Source: Thermoanaerobaculales bacterium (GTDB taxonomy: Bacteria; Acidobacteriota; Thermoanaerobaculia; Thermoanaerobaculales; Sulfomarinibacteraceae). From it: 64,000 nucleotides of DNA. Each line of letters starts with the position of its first letter. The stretch's first letter is position 1. The DNA lies in assembly GCA_036351195.1 (NCBI GenBank), contig JAZBOQ010000024.1, positions 26,669 through 90,668 of the forward strand, read 5' to 3'. A program made the translations under genes and the position numbers. The notes beneath the pieces were generated by a model that saw nothing but the letters and a program-made list of their open reading frames with translations, had not been told where the DNA came from and made no database searches. This document shows positions 1 through 9,800 of this stretch, piece after piece.

Positions 1-929
1 GCCAGGAGCTCGAAGTCGAGGCCCGAGTCTCCGAAGGCTCGGAACCTCACCCTCGGCGCCGGCTCCCGCGTCACGTGGCGAGCACCCTCGACGCTGCACA
101 GGAGCACGTCGCGGACCTGGTCGACGTCGGATCCGTAGGCCGCCGAGACCTTCACCCGGACTCTCATCTTGTCCCACGGGCCGCCCGTCTCGTTGACGAT
201 CCGACCCATCGCGATGACCGCATTGGGCACGGTGACCTCCACGTCGTCGCGGGTCAGAATCCGGGTCGAACGGATGCCGATCTCCCGCACCTCACCGCGC
301 AATCCGCCGTCGAGGATTACGTAGTCTCCGACCTTGTACGGCGAATCGGCGAGGATGAACACCCCCGAGAAGAGATTGGCCAGGGTGTCCTTGGCGGCGA
401 AACCGACCGCGATGCCGACGATCCCCGCCGACGCCAACCACGACGTCAGCGGAATCCCCCAGGCGACACAGATGAAGTAGATTCCGGCGCCGGCAACGAA
501 GAACTTGAAGACCATGTCGAGCAGCGGGACGGTCTTCGGTTGGATCCACCGAAACCGGTCGACGTTCCTGCCGAGGGCTTCCAGTACAACTTTGGACGAT
601 CGCAGTAGGGCGAGGCTCCACATCAGGATGATCAGGGTCAGCATCACGCCCTTGATGGCCCTGTCGAGGGCCTCGGGCAGATCCAGTGGAATCTCCGCCA
701 ACCACACGCCGCCGAAGACAAAAGTCCAGAAGACCGGACCTCGGAGAATCGCCGCGACCTTGTCGTCGACATCGGTGTCGGTGCTGCGGGTCATCCGGTG
801 CACCAGCGATCGGAAAGCGAATCTGGCGACGAAGGCGACCGCCAACGCAACGGCGAAGATCACCAGCGCCCGCTCGAGCGGTTCCTGCGGCAGGTAGGGA
901 ATCTGTGCGAGAAGTGCTTCTGTGTTCAT
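1..929 (-). CDS. MscS-family mechanosensitive channel (runs off the window start)
   Basis: Manual translation from ATG at 929: TM helices, then GIVGIAVGFAAKDTLANLFSGVFILADSPYKVGDY...IGIRSTRILTRDDVEVTVPN. Not in the ORF track because no stop lies in the window. Confidence 0.9.
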   Translation of the reverse strand, partial: MNTEALLAQIPYLPQEPLERALVIFAVALAVAFVARFAFRSLVHRMTRSTDTDVDDKVAAILRGPVFWTFVFGGVWLAEIPLDLPEALDRAIKGVMLTLIILMWSLALLRSSKVVLEALGRNVDRFRWIQPKTVPLLDMVFKFFVAGAGIYFICVAWGIPLTSWLASAGIVGIAVGFAAKDTLANLFSGVFILADSPYKVGDYVILDGGLRGEVREIGIRSTRILTRDDVEVTVPNAVIAMGRIVNETGGPWDKMRVRVKVSAAYGSDVDQVRDVLLCSVEGARHVTREPAPRVRFRAFGDSGLDFELL

Positions 930-982
930 GGTTCCTGATCCTCGTGTTCCGGCGTTGCGATCGACCAGTATGATAGCGACCC

Positions 983-1873
983 GTGGAAAGCACGTCCAAA
1001 GCCATCGCCCACGCCCTGGTGTCGTCGATCTCCTTCGCGGTGATGGGTGTCTTCGTCAAGCTCGCATCCGAGGTCGCCGTCTTCGACAAGGTGCTGTTCC
1101 GCAATATCGTCACCCTGGTGATCGCCGCCATCGTCGTCCACCGCAACCGCCGGGCGCCGTTCGGCCGGCCGGAGAATCGCGCCGCCCTCCTCGCGCGCTC
1201 GCTCCTGGGTATCGGAGGGGTCCTCTGCTACTTCTGGGCCATCGATCACCTCCTGCTGGCCGACGCTGCGATTCTGGTCAAGCTGGCGCCGTTCTTCGTC
1301 GTCGTCTTCGCCGCCGTGTTTCTCGGAGAACCCATCCACTCGCGTCTGGTCGTGGCGCTCATCCTCGGCTTCACCGGCGGACTTCTGGTGATCAAGCCCC
1401 AGCTCGACCTTCAGATTTTCCCGGCCCTGATCGGAGCGTGCTCGGCGGTCTTCGCCGGTGGCGCCTACGTCCTGCTTCGCCACCTGCGCCACCGCGAACC
1501 CGCCGAAACGGTGGTCTTCGTCTTCTCGCTGGTGACCGTGGCAGGGATGCTCCCCTTCGTCCTTCCGGACTTCCACAATCCGACGTCCCTCGAGTGGCTC
1601 TGGTTGCTGGGAATCGGCGTTTCCGCCGCCGCCGGCCAGCTCAGCCTCACCGCCTCCTACCGCCACGCTCCCGCCGGCCCGACCTCACTGCTGGGCTACG
1701 CGACCATCGTCTTCGCGGCCCTATTCGGCTGGCTCTTCTGGAATGAGGTTCCCGACGGGTGGAGCATCTTTGGAGGCGTCCTGATCCTCGCCGGCGGCAT
1801 CGTCGCCTTCACCAAGGTGCCGACGCCGCCGTCGGCCGATGGCGGTCCGGCGCGACGGACCGACATGAGATGA
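983..1873 (+). CDS. EamA/DMT-family transporter
   Basis: About 10 hydrophobic helices in two EamA repeats (LAPFFVVVFAAVFLGE; FGWLFWNEVP). Confidence 0.9.
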   Translation: MESTSKAIAHALVSSISFAVMGVFVKLASEVAVFDKVLFRNIVTLVIAAIVVHRNRRAPFGRPENRAALLARSLLGIGGVLCYFWAIDHLLLADAAILVKLAPFFVVVFAAVFLGEPIHSRLVVALILGFTGGLLVIKPQLDLQIFPALIGACSAVFAGGAYVLLRHLRHREPAETVVFVFSLVTVAGMLPFVLPDFHNPTSLEWLWLLGIGVSAAAGQLSLTASYRHAPAGPTSLLGYATIVFAALFGWLFWNEVPDGWSIFGGVLILAGGIVAFTKVPTPPSADGGPARRTDMR

Positions 1874-1897
1874 TGCGGGGGTGATGGAAGATTTACC

Positions 1898-3211
1898 GTG
1901 AAACCACCGCCGGTCCGAACCCTCGTCGGCTGGGGCCTCACCTCCCTGACACTCCTCGCGGCCGCCGCGATTGTCGCCGCTCTCGGCATCCACGCCTGGG
2001 GCGTCCACCGGCTGGACACCGCCCAGGCCGTCTTCGATTCCCGCTGGGGAGAGCTCGTCGACCCGCCCATTCCTTCGCAGGTGCCCGACCACCTCAACGG
2101 CGCACGATGGCTGGTCGCCGGCGGTCAGGCCGTCATCTGCACCATGGAGGACTACAAATTCTACGGGGTGCTCGCCGATCGACCTGCTCGAAGCTGGTCC
2201 GACACGGAGTTGGCTCACGCCCGGAGGATTCTCCACGAGCAACGCGCCGCTCTCGATATCCTCCTCCGGTCGGCATCCTTCGACGCCTACCACTTCGGCA
2301 ACGGCGGCCTGAGGCCCCGCCACCACGAGATCGACTTTCTCAGCATCATCCGGGGTCTTCGCCTGCTCGTTCTTCACGCCCGGCTGGCGTGGTACGACGG
2401 CCGACCGATGCAGTGTCTGGAGGCCCTCGAGGTGGTCGGGCGGGCCGCGGACGGTCTCATGAGAACGCCGGTGGTCATGGCCTCCACCCTCGGCTCGGGC
2501 TCGGTCCGATGGGTGGTCTGGGCAGCCGCCGACGTCGTCGCTGACCCCTGCGCCACCATGGCGGTCCTGGATCGCCTGCGTGCCGGTCTCCCATCGGTGG
2601 ATCCCGTTCACGCCAATGACATCACCATGGCCTGCTCGGTCGCCGAGATCGCCCGAGACGGTCTGGGTTACGTCGAGGACTTCCACGATCCGAGCATGGG
2701 CTGGAGCCTCCCCTTCTGGATCTCCAACCATTTCCTCTTCGAAGATCTGTTCGTCGCCGAGATTCTCAACCGGTGGGGCCGGTACCTGGAGCTCTGCCGC
2801 CAACCGGCCGCACGCTGGCCACCGAATCCATCGTCGGAGATCTGGGGCGACCCGGCGTGGCCGCCCTGGCTCGCCCTGGCCGGGACCATCACCCCGAACC
2901 TCTTCGCTGGACGCGCTCGCGCCCAGACGGCCGCCACCGAGCTCCAGCAACTTCGTCTCGCCCTCGACCTCCGGTCATCCTCGCCCACCGGCCTCGATCG
3001 GGGGATCTGTGGGCGGGTCGAGGCTTCCCAATCCACCCCTCTCACCGGCGAACCCGTTGTCTGCCGTTTCGACGACGAGCGGCAGGTCATCGTCATCGAC
3101 GTCCCCCAGGGCACCGAGACACTCATCGGACACGCAACCCTCGACAACCGCTCGGAGCACCTGTTCCCCATCGAGCTTGTCATCGGGCCGACGAGGGAGC
3201 TCTGCCGCTGA
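1898..3211 (+). CDS. Hypothetical membrane-anchored protein
   Basis: 437-aa ORF with an N-terminal hydrophobic helix and GC3-rich codons; no family recognised. Confidence 0.7.
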   Translation: MKPPPVRTLVGWGLTSLTLLAAAAIVAALGIHAWGVHRLDTAQAVFDSRWGELVDPPIPSQVPDHLNGARWLVAGGQAVICTMEDYKFYGVLADRPARSWSDTELAHARRILHEQRAALDILLRSASFDAYHFGNGGLRPRHHEIDFLSIIRGLRLLVLHARLAWYDGRPMQCLEALEVVGRAADGLMRTPVVMASTLGSGSVRWVVWAAADVVADPCATMAVLDRLRAGLPSVDPVHANDITMACSVAEIARDGLGYVEDFHDPSMGWSLPFWISNHFLFEDLFVAEILNRWGRYLELCRQPAARWPPNPSSEIWGDPAWPPWLALAGTITPNLFAGRARAQTAATELQQLRLALDLRSSSPTGLDRGICGRVEASQSTPLTGEPVVCRFDDERQVIVIDVPQGTETLIGHATLDNRSEHLFPIELVIGPTRELCR

Positions 3212-3349
3212 GTCGAGGCGGGGTCCTGGGGTCCTGATGCCAGATGTGAAAGGGTGAGGATTCAGGGTTCAGGGTGAGAAGGGAAGCGAAGAGGAAAGTG
3301 AGCGGTGGGTCAGCGGCTTCGACCTTCTCACCTTCTCGCCCTCTTCCCA

Positions 3350-3379
3350 TAGAACCCTCCTTGACGACAGAGGGTTCTA
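3350..3379. terminator. Hairpin between convergent genes
   Basis: TAGAACCCTC-N10-GAGGGTTCTA inverted repeat overlapping the dctM stop. Confidence 0.45.
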
Positions 3380-4642
3380 CTGCACCAGAGCCAACGACAG
3401 CCATGGCCAGTAGGTGATGAGCAGCACACAGGCAAAGAGGATGAGCAGCCACGGCAGAGTGGCGCGGTAGAGAGCGACCACGGGCTTGTCGAACCGGTAC
3501 GAGGCGATGAAGAGATTCATTCCCACCGGCGGCGTACAGTAGCCGATCTGCATGTTGGCCAGGAAGATCATCCCGAGGTGGATGGGCTCGATCCCGTATC
3601 CGGCGGCCAGCGGCAGCAACAGCGGCACGACGATGACCAGGGCCGAAAAGACATCGAGCATGGTCCCCAGAACCAGAAGAAAGAGGTTGAGCAGGATCAG
3701 GAAGGTCAGCTTCGACGAGACGTGGGCGGTGACGAACTCGAAGAGCCTGGCGGGGACCTGGGCATCGATCATGGCATTGGTGGAAGCCAGGGAGGCGCCG
3801 AGAATGACCAGGATGCCTCCCACCAGCACCATGGACTCCCGCATCACCGCCGGCAGCCGAGTCAATGTGATCTCGCGATAGATCAGGACCTCGACGACGA
3901 GCACGTACACCACGGTGACCGCCGCTGCTTCGGAGACGGCGAAAAAGCCTGTGTAGACCCCTCCCAGGACAATGAAGGGCAACGGAATCTCCCAGGCCGC
4001 AGCGCGCACCGCCGCCCACGCCTCACCCATGGAAAAAGCCTGGGGTTCTGCCGCCGCCCGCTGCAGGAATCGCCCCTCGCGAAAGCTCCACAGGCCGAGG
4101 GCCAGCACCATCAGGGAGCCCGGAAGAATCCCCGCGATGAAGAGTCGATCGACGCTGACCTCGGCGACGATGCCGTAGAGGATCAGCGGCAGGGACGGCG
4201 CGAAGAGCAGACCGAGACTGCCCGAGGTTGTGACCAGGCCGAGGCTGAAGTTTTCGCGATAGCCCGCATCTTTCAAAGCCGGATAGAGCAGCGCCCCCAT
4301 GGCGACGATGGTCACTCCCGAGGCCCCGGTGAAGGCGGTGAACAGGGCGCAGGTCACCAGGGCGATGACGGCGAGCCCGCCCGGCATCCAGCCGAGCAGG
4401 GCGTCGGAGAGGCGGACCAGACGGCTGGGCGCCCGGCTCTCGCCGAGAATGAAGCCCGCGAACGTGAAGAGCGGGATGGCCAGCAGCACCGGCGTTTCCG
4501 CGATGCGATAGACCTCCATCACAACGGCAATCTGGTCGATGTCGGCCCGTCCGAAGGCGAGCACGGCGCCCGCGGCGATCACCGCGAAGAGCGGTGCCCC
4601 GAGCAGGGCCAGGGCGATGAGCAGAAGGCCGGTGAGAATCAC
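3377..4642 (-). CDS. dctM: TRAP transporter large permease DctM
   Basis: LLAIPLFTFAG, GSLGLLFAPSLPLILYG and GYCTPPVGMNLF motifs; GTG start overlaps the dctQ stop. Confidence 0.93.
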   Translation of the reverse strand: MILTGLLLIALALLGAPLFAVIAAGAVLAFGRADIDQIAVVMEVYRIAETPVLLAIPLFTFAGFILGESRAPSRLVRLSDALLGWMPGGLAVIALVTCALFTAFTGASGVTIVAMGALLYPALKDAGYRENFSLGLVTTSGSLGLLFAPSLPLILYGIVAEVSVDRLFIAGILPGSLMVLALGLWSFREGRFLQRAAAEPQAFSMGEAWAAVRAAAWEIPLPFIVLGGVYTGFFAVSEAAAVTVVYVLVVEVLIYREITLTRLPAVMRESMVLVGGILVILGASLASTNAMIDAQVPARLFEFVTAHVSSKLTFLILLNLFLLVLGTMLDVFSALVIVVPLLLPLAAGYGIEPIHLGMIFLANMQIGYCTPPVGMNLFIASYRFDKPVVALYRATLPWLLILFACVLLITYWPWLSLALVQ

Positions 4643-5199
4643 CCGCCGGTCTCCGGGTTGATGCTGCGGCGGAGATGGAACCCTGCGAGCAGCAGGTAGC
4701 GGAAGCACAGGAGTCCGAAGGCCAGCGGCAGAACGATGGCCGTCAACCACAGCGGCACCGAGCCGAACGCCGTTTCTCCAAATGCTTCAGCGTCACGCAC
4801 GAAACGAACGGCGTGCCACGCCAAAAAGCCGGAAACGGCGGCGGTGAAGAGGTCGGTGAGCACCCGGATGCGCGATCGCCAGGGCTCCTCGGCGACGCGA
4901 GTGACCACGTCGACGTTGATCTGCCGGTCGTCGCGGGAGGCCGCCACGGCGCCGAAAAAGCCCACCCAGAGGACCAGGACACGCAGCAACGGGTCGCCCC
5001 AGATCACCGCGGTGTCCAGGAGGTTGCGGGCGATGATCTGCCACCCGGCCAGACCGATCATCACCGCCAACAGCAGAACCAATACGAAATCCTCGATGCC
5101 CCCGAGAAAGCGGAGACTCCGGCCGAGAACGCCACCGCCCTCGAACGCCTGCGCCGCCGGGCGCGTCGGTCGGCGCGCCTCGCGGTCCTCCGAGCTCAT
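4639..5199 (-). CDS. dctQ: TRAP transporter small permease DctQ
   Basis: Four TM helices, LVLWVGFFGAVAASRDDRQINVD; lies between dctP and dctM. Confidence 0.9.
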   Translation of the reverse strand: MSSEDREARRPTRPAAQAFEGGGVLGRSLRFLGGIEDFVLVLLLAVMIGLAGWQIIARNLLDTAVIWGDPLLRVLVLWVGFFGAVAASRDDRQINVDVVTRVAEEPWRSRIRVLTDLFTAAVSGFLAWHAVRFVRDAEAFGETAFGSVPLWLTAIVLPLAFGLLCFRYLLLAGFHLRRSINPETGG

Positions 5200-6191
5200 T
5201 CCCCGGACCTGACGCCGTCGCGAATGGTCTCGATTTCAGCCAGCAACCCGGTGCTCAACCCGAGCTCCTCGACCAGGATTTTGGATGAACGGTCGGCGAG
5301 CTCTCGCCAATCATCAGCGGTGCCGGCCTCCGGTTCGACAGTTACGACTCCCTGATTTCTCAGAGCTTCCCGCGCACCCTCGTTGTCCTCTCTCGCCCGT
5401 CGATCGAGAACCCGGGTCATCCGTGACAGGACCTCTTCGATCACCTTCTGATCGCCGTCGCTCAGCTTGGACCAGGCACGATTCGACAGGGCGAAGGTAC
5501 CGCAGGTGTAGACAACCGGCACTTCGGTGACGTACTTGACCTTGGTGAACCACTGCAGCGCCACGGCCGCCACCGGCGGCCCGCTCACCACATCGACGAG
5601 ACCGGTCTGGAGACCGGTGAGCACGTCGGCCAGACCCAGGGGCACCGGCGACAGCCCGACCTCCTCGATGAGCACCCTCCCCACGGGATCGTCCCCGGGG
5701 AGCCACGCCTTGCGCCCCTTGAGCTCGGCGAAGCCGGCCGCTTTCGATGTCGTGTAGAGGTAGGCGAAGCCCCCCTCGATGAAGCCGAAGCTGTGATAGC
5801 CCTCGGCTTCGAGGGCGGCGACGAGCTTGGGATCGATCACCTCGCGAACCGCGTCGACCTCGTCGTACGAGGTGAACAGCAGCGGCAGGCTGTAGAGGTA
5901 GAGGTCGGGGACCAGCGACGCGAAACTCCCGGCCACGAAGACGCCGCCGTGGAGCTGCCCGATCCTCATCTTGCGCATCACTGCCGCATCGTCGCCCATG
6001 GTCCCACCCGGGTAGAAGCGGAAGGTCACCCGGCCGTCGGTCCGCTCGGCGATCTCGTCCGCGGCTTTTCGAGCCTCGTTCATCCAGAAGGATCCGTCGG
6101 GAGCGATGGTGGCGATCTTGAGCTGGGCCGCGCCGGCGATCTGGGCGGCGGTCGCGAGGGCGATGGTGGTGAGGATCACGGCTCGTCGCAT
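5196..6191 (-). CDS. dctP: TRAP substrate-binding protein DctP (TatP type)
   Basis: Signal peptide MRRAVILTT..., LKIATIAPDGS, FYPGGTMGDD, KMRIGQLHG. Confidence 0.92.
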   Translation of the reverse strand: MRRAVILTTIALATAAQIAGAAQLKIATIAPDGSFWMNEARKAADEIAERTDGRVTFRFYPGGTMGDDAAVMRKMRIGQLHGGVFVAGSFASLVPDLYLYSLPLLFTSYDEVDAVREVIDPKLVAALEAEGYHSFGFIEGGFAYLYTTSKAAGFAELKGRKAWLPGDDPVGRVLIEEVGLSPVPLGLADVLTGLQTGLVDVVSGPPVAAVALQWFTKVKYVTEVPVVYTCGTFALSNRAWSKLSDGDQKVIEEVLSRMTRVLDRRAREDNEGAREALRNQGVVTVEPEAGTADDWRELADRSSKILVEELGLSTGLLAEIETIRDGVRSGE

Positions 6192-6195
6192 GGGC

Positions 6196-7110
6196 TTACT
6201 CCGCGAAGTAGTCTTGGGAATCGGCGAGCAAGCGGCGAGCCTGCTCCTGGGCCAGGGTGTTGGTGAGCACGTAGCCCGGAACCTCCGGGTCGGCGGCGAT
6301 GACCTCTTCAAGCAACCGGTCGTGGAGCTCCCGGTCGAAGACCAGACGGGCGTACTCCTGGGCGAAAAGGACCTTGGCCATGAGGTCCCTTCCCTGAGCG
6401 AGCTCGATGGAACGTTCGAAGTCCGCCCGCCCCTGTTCCGGCCTGCCGCCGAGGGCCGCCGGGATGATGCTGTTGAGAACACCGAGGTAGGTGTAGGCAG
6501 CCCCGTTCCGATAGTCGCCGTCGATGGCCACCACTCGCTTCATCATGGCCTCGACCCGGGCCTTGTCCGCCACCGCCGTCCAGTCGCCGCGGTTGACCTG
6601 TACCCACGTCGCCCACGACGCACCGGCGGCAAAGAGAGCCGAGACGTTCTTGGCCTGAACCTGGTTGATGATGGTTTCGAACTCGTCGAAGGGGAGCCGC
6701 CACGAGTCGCAGGTGGCGGAATCGGCACGGCAAAGGCCCTGCCAGCCGTATCGCCGGCTCCGCTCGGCGAGCTTGGCCGCCCGCGGCTGGTCGTCGACGA
6801 AGACCGAGGCGTAGCTCGAGTAGAGCTGGGCGCCGGCCACCAGCAGGCCCGAGTTGTCGGGATCTCCGGCGATCAGCGCGTCCACCATCAGGAGATAGGC
6901 CGGGGCGCCGAGGCGAACGGTTTCCGGGTCATCGTGGTCGAGCACCGCCGAGGTCAAACCCGCAGTCGCGCGCTGGGTGACGGGTGCGATGACGGCGGAG
7001 CAGCCGACAACCGAGGCCAGGCCGCCGATCATGACGATCGCCAGGATGAGTGTCGGAAGCAGGCTGGCAGCGTTTCGTCGCACTGGTGTTCTCCTCGGAC
7101 GGGCTGTCAC
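6196..7110 (-). CDS. TRAP transporter TatT component (lipoprotein)
   Basis: Lipobox-like VVGC, PAYLLMVDAL, PAALGGRPEQGRADFERSIEL; directly upstream of dctPQM. Confidence 0.85.
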   Translation of the reverse strand: MTARPRRTPVRRNAASLLPTLILAIVMIGGLASVVGCSAVIAPVTQRATAGLTSAVLDHDDPETVRLGAPAYLLMVDALIAGDPDNSGLLVAGAQLYSSYASVFVDDQPRAAKLAERSRRYGWQGLCRADSATCDSWRLPFDEFETIINQVQAKNVSALFAAGASWATWVQVNRGDWTAVADKARVEAMMKRVVAIDGDYRNGAAYTYLGVLNSIIPAALGGRPEQGRADFERSIELAQGRDLMAKVLFAQEYARLVFDRELHDRLLEEVIAADPEVPGYVLTNTLAQEQARRLLADSQDYFAE

Positions 7111-7195
7111 CCGAAGCGGCCGGATTGTACCCTAGGATATATACGAACCAACGGAAAAAGCATCACTCATAAGAAGGGGTTTTTCAGGGAGGGGA

Positions 7196-7876
7196 TCAGT
7201 TGCCCGCAGACCCGAAACCACCCTTGAGGGGACCCGCAGTCGCCCCGGCTCTGGTGATGGAGAAACTCGAGCCCGAGTGGGAACCGGTCTGTCCGCCCGT
7301 CCCCTGGTTCGTGATGATGGTCTGACCGCTGGCGGGGTCGGTGAGCATCCGCACTCGGGCGGCCCGGTAGCTTCCCGCGACCCGGTAGGGTCTGCCGGTG
7401 TACAAACTCAAAATACGCGACACGTAGTTCCTGGTTTCCTTGTAGGGCGGAATTCCGCGGTACTTGGAGACCGCCCCCTCCCCCGCGTTGTACGCCGCCA
7501 GCGCCAACTGCAGATTGCCGCGGTACTGATCGACGAGGCGCGAGAACTCGCGCATCCCGCCGCGGACGTTCTGCCGGGGATCGAATGGGTCGTCGACGCC
7601 GAGCCGCCGGGCCGTCGAAGGCATGAGTTGCATCAGACCCATGGCTCCCTTGTGGCTGATCGCCTTGGGGTTGTAGCCGGACTCCACCCGAACCAGCGCG
7701 TCCATCAGCTTGGGATCGAGGCCGTGCTCGACGCTCATCTGACGGACGAGCTCGCGCACCCCCGTCGTCGACGACAGGGCCGCCCCGACCACCGGAGCCG
7801 AAGGACCGGTAGCCCACGCCGCCGTCGCGACAACGAGAATCGCCGCACAGCTCCCCAGAGAACGTATCAACGCCAC
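7196..7876 (-). CDS. Lytic transglycosylase (SLT domain)
   Basis: VESGYNPKAISHKGAMGLMQLMP and LALAAYNAGEG motifs; N-terminal signal. Confidence 0.93.
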   Translation of the reverse strand: MALIRSLGSCAAILVVATAAWATGPSAPVVGAALSSTTGVRELVRQMSVEHGLDPKLMDALVRVESGYNPKAISHKGAMGLMQLMPSTARRLGVDDPFDPRQNVRGGMREFSRLVDQYRGNLQLALAAYNAGEGAVSKYRGIPPYKETRNYVSRILSLYTGRPYRVAGSYRAARVRMLTDPASGQTIITNQGTGGQTGSHSGSSFSITRAGATAGPLKGGFGSAGN

Positions 7877-7928
7877 GCTACTATTATGACAGATTCACTG
7901 ACCAGGAGGTCCATGACCCGTGTCTTTC

Positions 7929-9326
7929 ATGCCGAACGACCCGACATCCGAGATCGCCGCCAGGATGCGCGCGGCTGACATGCCCGAATCCGCCATCCGC
8001 ACCTTCGCGTTCCATGTGGACCGCTTCCTTTCCGGCGATTCGGGCGCGCTGAGCCGCGATCAGCTGATCCCTGTCGGCTCCATCGCCGACGCCGGGGTCC
8101 CGGACGGGACCGGCGAATCAGACCCGCACCTGCTTCGCCGGGCGGCAGTGATCAAGCTCAACGGCGGTCTCGGGACGGGCATGGGCCTGCGACGCGCCAA
8201 GTCGTTGATCGAGGTACGGCCGGGGCTCTCGTTCCTCGACCTCATCGTCCATCAGATCCTCGCTCTCAGAGAACGCTTCGATACCAACCTCCCGCTCCTG
8301 CTCATGAACAGCTTCCGCACCGCCGAAGAGACCGCCGACGCCCTGGCCTGCTACCCGGAGCTCGCCCAGGAGGGCTTCCCCGCGGGTTTCCTTCAGCACC
8401 GCGTTCCGAAGCTTCTCGCAACCAACGGATCGCCCGTCACGTGGCCTGCCGAGCCCGAGCTCGAGTGGTGCCCACCCGGCCACGGCGACCTCTACACCGC
8501 CCTCGTCACCTCCGGCGTGCTCGACACGCTGCTCGCCGCAGGGATCGAGTTCGCCTTCGTGTCGAACTCCGACAATCTCGGCGCCGTGCTCGACCCCCGG
8601 TTGCTCGCACACATGGTCGAGAGCGGGTCGGACTTCATGATGGAGGTGGCTGACCGCACCCCCGCCGACCGCAAAGGCGGCCACCTCTGCCGTCTCGCCG
8701 ACGGTCGGTTGGCGCTCCGCGAGTCGGCTCAATGTCCGCCTGCAGAGAGGGATGAGTTCCAGGACATCGGACGCTACCGGTACTTCAACACCAACAACCT
8801 CTGGTTCTCCCTGCCCGCGCTGGCGGAGCTGCTGGATCGCCATGACGGCATCCTGCCCCTGGCCACCATCGTCAACCGGAAGCACGTCGACCCCCGCGAC
8901 GCAGACTCTCCGGCGGTCGTCCAGCTCGAGACCGCCATGGGCGCGGCGATCTCGCTCTTCGACCACGCCACCGCCATTCGGGTGCCGCGGCGTCGATTTT
9001 CGCCAGTGAAGAACACCGATGACCTGCTCGCGGTCCGTTCGGACGCTTATGAGGTCACTCCAGACGGCCTCGTCGTGCTGGCGGAGCACCGCTCCTCGCC
9101 CCCGACGGTGCGTCTCGATCCACGTTTCCACAAGCATCTCGAGGACTTCGAACGCCGGTTCCCTGCCGGACCGCCATCGCTGGACGGGTGCGATCGTCTC
9201 ACGGTGGAGGGTGACGTCACCTTCGGCGAAGGTGTGGTCGTCGAGGGCGACGTGTCGATTCGCGGCGGCGACTCCCCGAGCCGCATCCCCGACGGCGCGG
9301 TGCTCAGGAGCGAGCACCGGGCGTAG
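7929..9326 (+). CDS. UTP--glucose-1-phosphate uridylyltransferase (eukaryote-like UDPGP family)
   Basis: KLNGGLGTGMG, WCPPGHGDLY, SNSDNLGA, FNTNNLW, QLETAMGAAI, FSPVK. Confidence 0.93.
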   Translation: MPNDPTSEIAARMRAADMPESAIRTFAFHVDRFLSGDSGALSRDQLIPVGSIADAGVPDGTGESDPHLLRRAAVIKLNGGLGTGMGLRRAKSLIEVRPGLSFLDLIVHQILALRERFDTNLPLLLMNSFRTAEETADALACYPELAQEGFPAGFLQHRVPKLLATNGSPVTWPAEPELEWCPPGHGDLYTALVTSGVLDTLLAAGIEFAFVSNSDNLGAVLDPRLLAHMVESGSDFMMEVADRTPADRKGGHLCRLADGRLALRESAQCPPAERDEFQDIGRYRYFNTNNLWFSLPALAELLDRHDGILPLATIVNRKHVDPRDADSPAVVQLETAMGAAISLFDHATAIRVPRRRFSPVKNTDDLLAVRSDAYEVTPDGLVVLAEHRSSPPTVRLDPRFHKHLEDFERRFPAGPPSLDGCDRLTVEGDVTFGEGVVVEGDVSIRGGDSPSRIPDGAVLRSEHRA

Positions 9327-9800
9327 GTCTGCTCCGTGTCAGCGTCACCGGGCACTTTGTGGGTTGTATGCATCAGCAGAGCTGATTCCGGCCTGAACGC
9401 GATCGTTTTGTACACGGATAAACGCGAATCTCGGCGTAGACCTGGTTGCCTAAAAATCCCCTGACCGCGCTCGCGGGGTTTTCTGACACGGATTCCACGG
9501 ATTTCGCGGATCCATCGCATGATTGAGCCATCGCAGGTGACTTCGAGGTCTACGTGCACCACGTCGAGCTCCTGAAGAGCACGAGCACGTGCGAACAGCG
9601 CGACCGCCTACATCGGCGTTCCGGCGGGGCGTGCCATGCACGACATTGTGCTTGGACACCAAACCGGTCGAGAGCGCCCGTGCACAATGCGTGCTTGGCA
9701 ACCCACGAAGAGCGCACCCAGGGTGCGATATCGAGGCCTGCAAGCAGGCCGCCGCTCGCCCATCGGCATGTACAATGCCCCGTCGGAAAGAGGAGGACCC

